DNA from: Diplonema japonicum
Taxonomy: Eukaryota > Protista > Euglenozoa: Diplonemea
NCBI GenBank assembly: GCA_964019335.1
Contig: OZ025657.1
Location: forward strand, 186,001 to 250,000
Direction: 5' to 3'
DNA: 64,000 nucleotides
Part shown: positions 63,937 through 64,000 of the stretch, in pieces
How the letters are laid out: each line of letters begins with the position of its first letter
How positions within the stretch are numbered: position 1 is the stretch's first letter
The notes under the pieces: model-generated
Told to the model about the DNA's origin: nothing
The model's input: the letters and a program-made list of their open reading frames with translations, nothing else
Database searches by the model: none
Translations under genes and position numbers: made by a program

Positions 63937-64000
63937 TTCTTTCTTTTTTTTTTTTATACCACGCTTTTTTTTTTTTTTTTGCACCCCGGAGGTTCCTATT

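Overview
Eukaryotic nuclear DNA, most consistent with a euglenozoan such as a diplonemid. This assignment is inference from three things: gene families (receptor adenylate cyclase, inactive calpain-like protein, GT60), unidirectional gene order, and short spliceosomal introns. All ~24 credible protein-coding genes lie head-to-tail on the minus strand, usually with an AG acceptor just upstream of the ATG, which fits polycistronic transcription plus trans-splicing. Recognisable products are: M13 peptidase, GT60 GlcNAc-transferase, LRR/cadherin-like giant protein, SAP protein, a ubiquitin-like/ankyrin/histone-H2A fusion, CCCH-RING-FYVE, two PDZ proteins, ArfGAP, B-box calpain-like protein, bacterial-type oxaloacetate decarboxylase, UBL-WD40, Kelch-EGF receptor adenylate cyclase, C-type-lectin surface protein, NIP7, glomulin-like protein, a GH36-like glycosidase and protoporphyrinogen oxidase. 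Seven GT-AG introns were reconstructed by hand (six of 36-62 nt, one of 2.2 kb). Non-coding DNA is saturated with homopolymer runs of all four bases. Mobile DNA comprises three sense-oriented 5'-truncated non-LTR RT elements (one in frame with a MYND-finger gene), a decayed piggyBac and a fold-back MITE in NIP7 intron 1, a two-copy ~105-bp MITE, a four-copy SINE-like repeat and a recurrent ~45-nt motif. No rRNA, tRNA, SL-RNA or CRISPR array was seen. Domain calls come from motif recognition by eye, not database searches.
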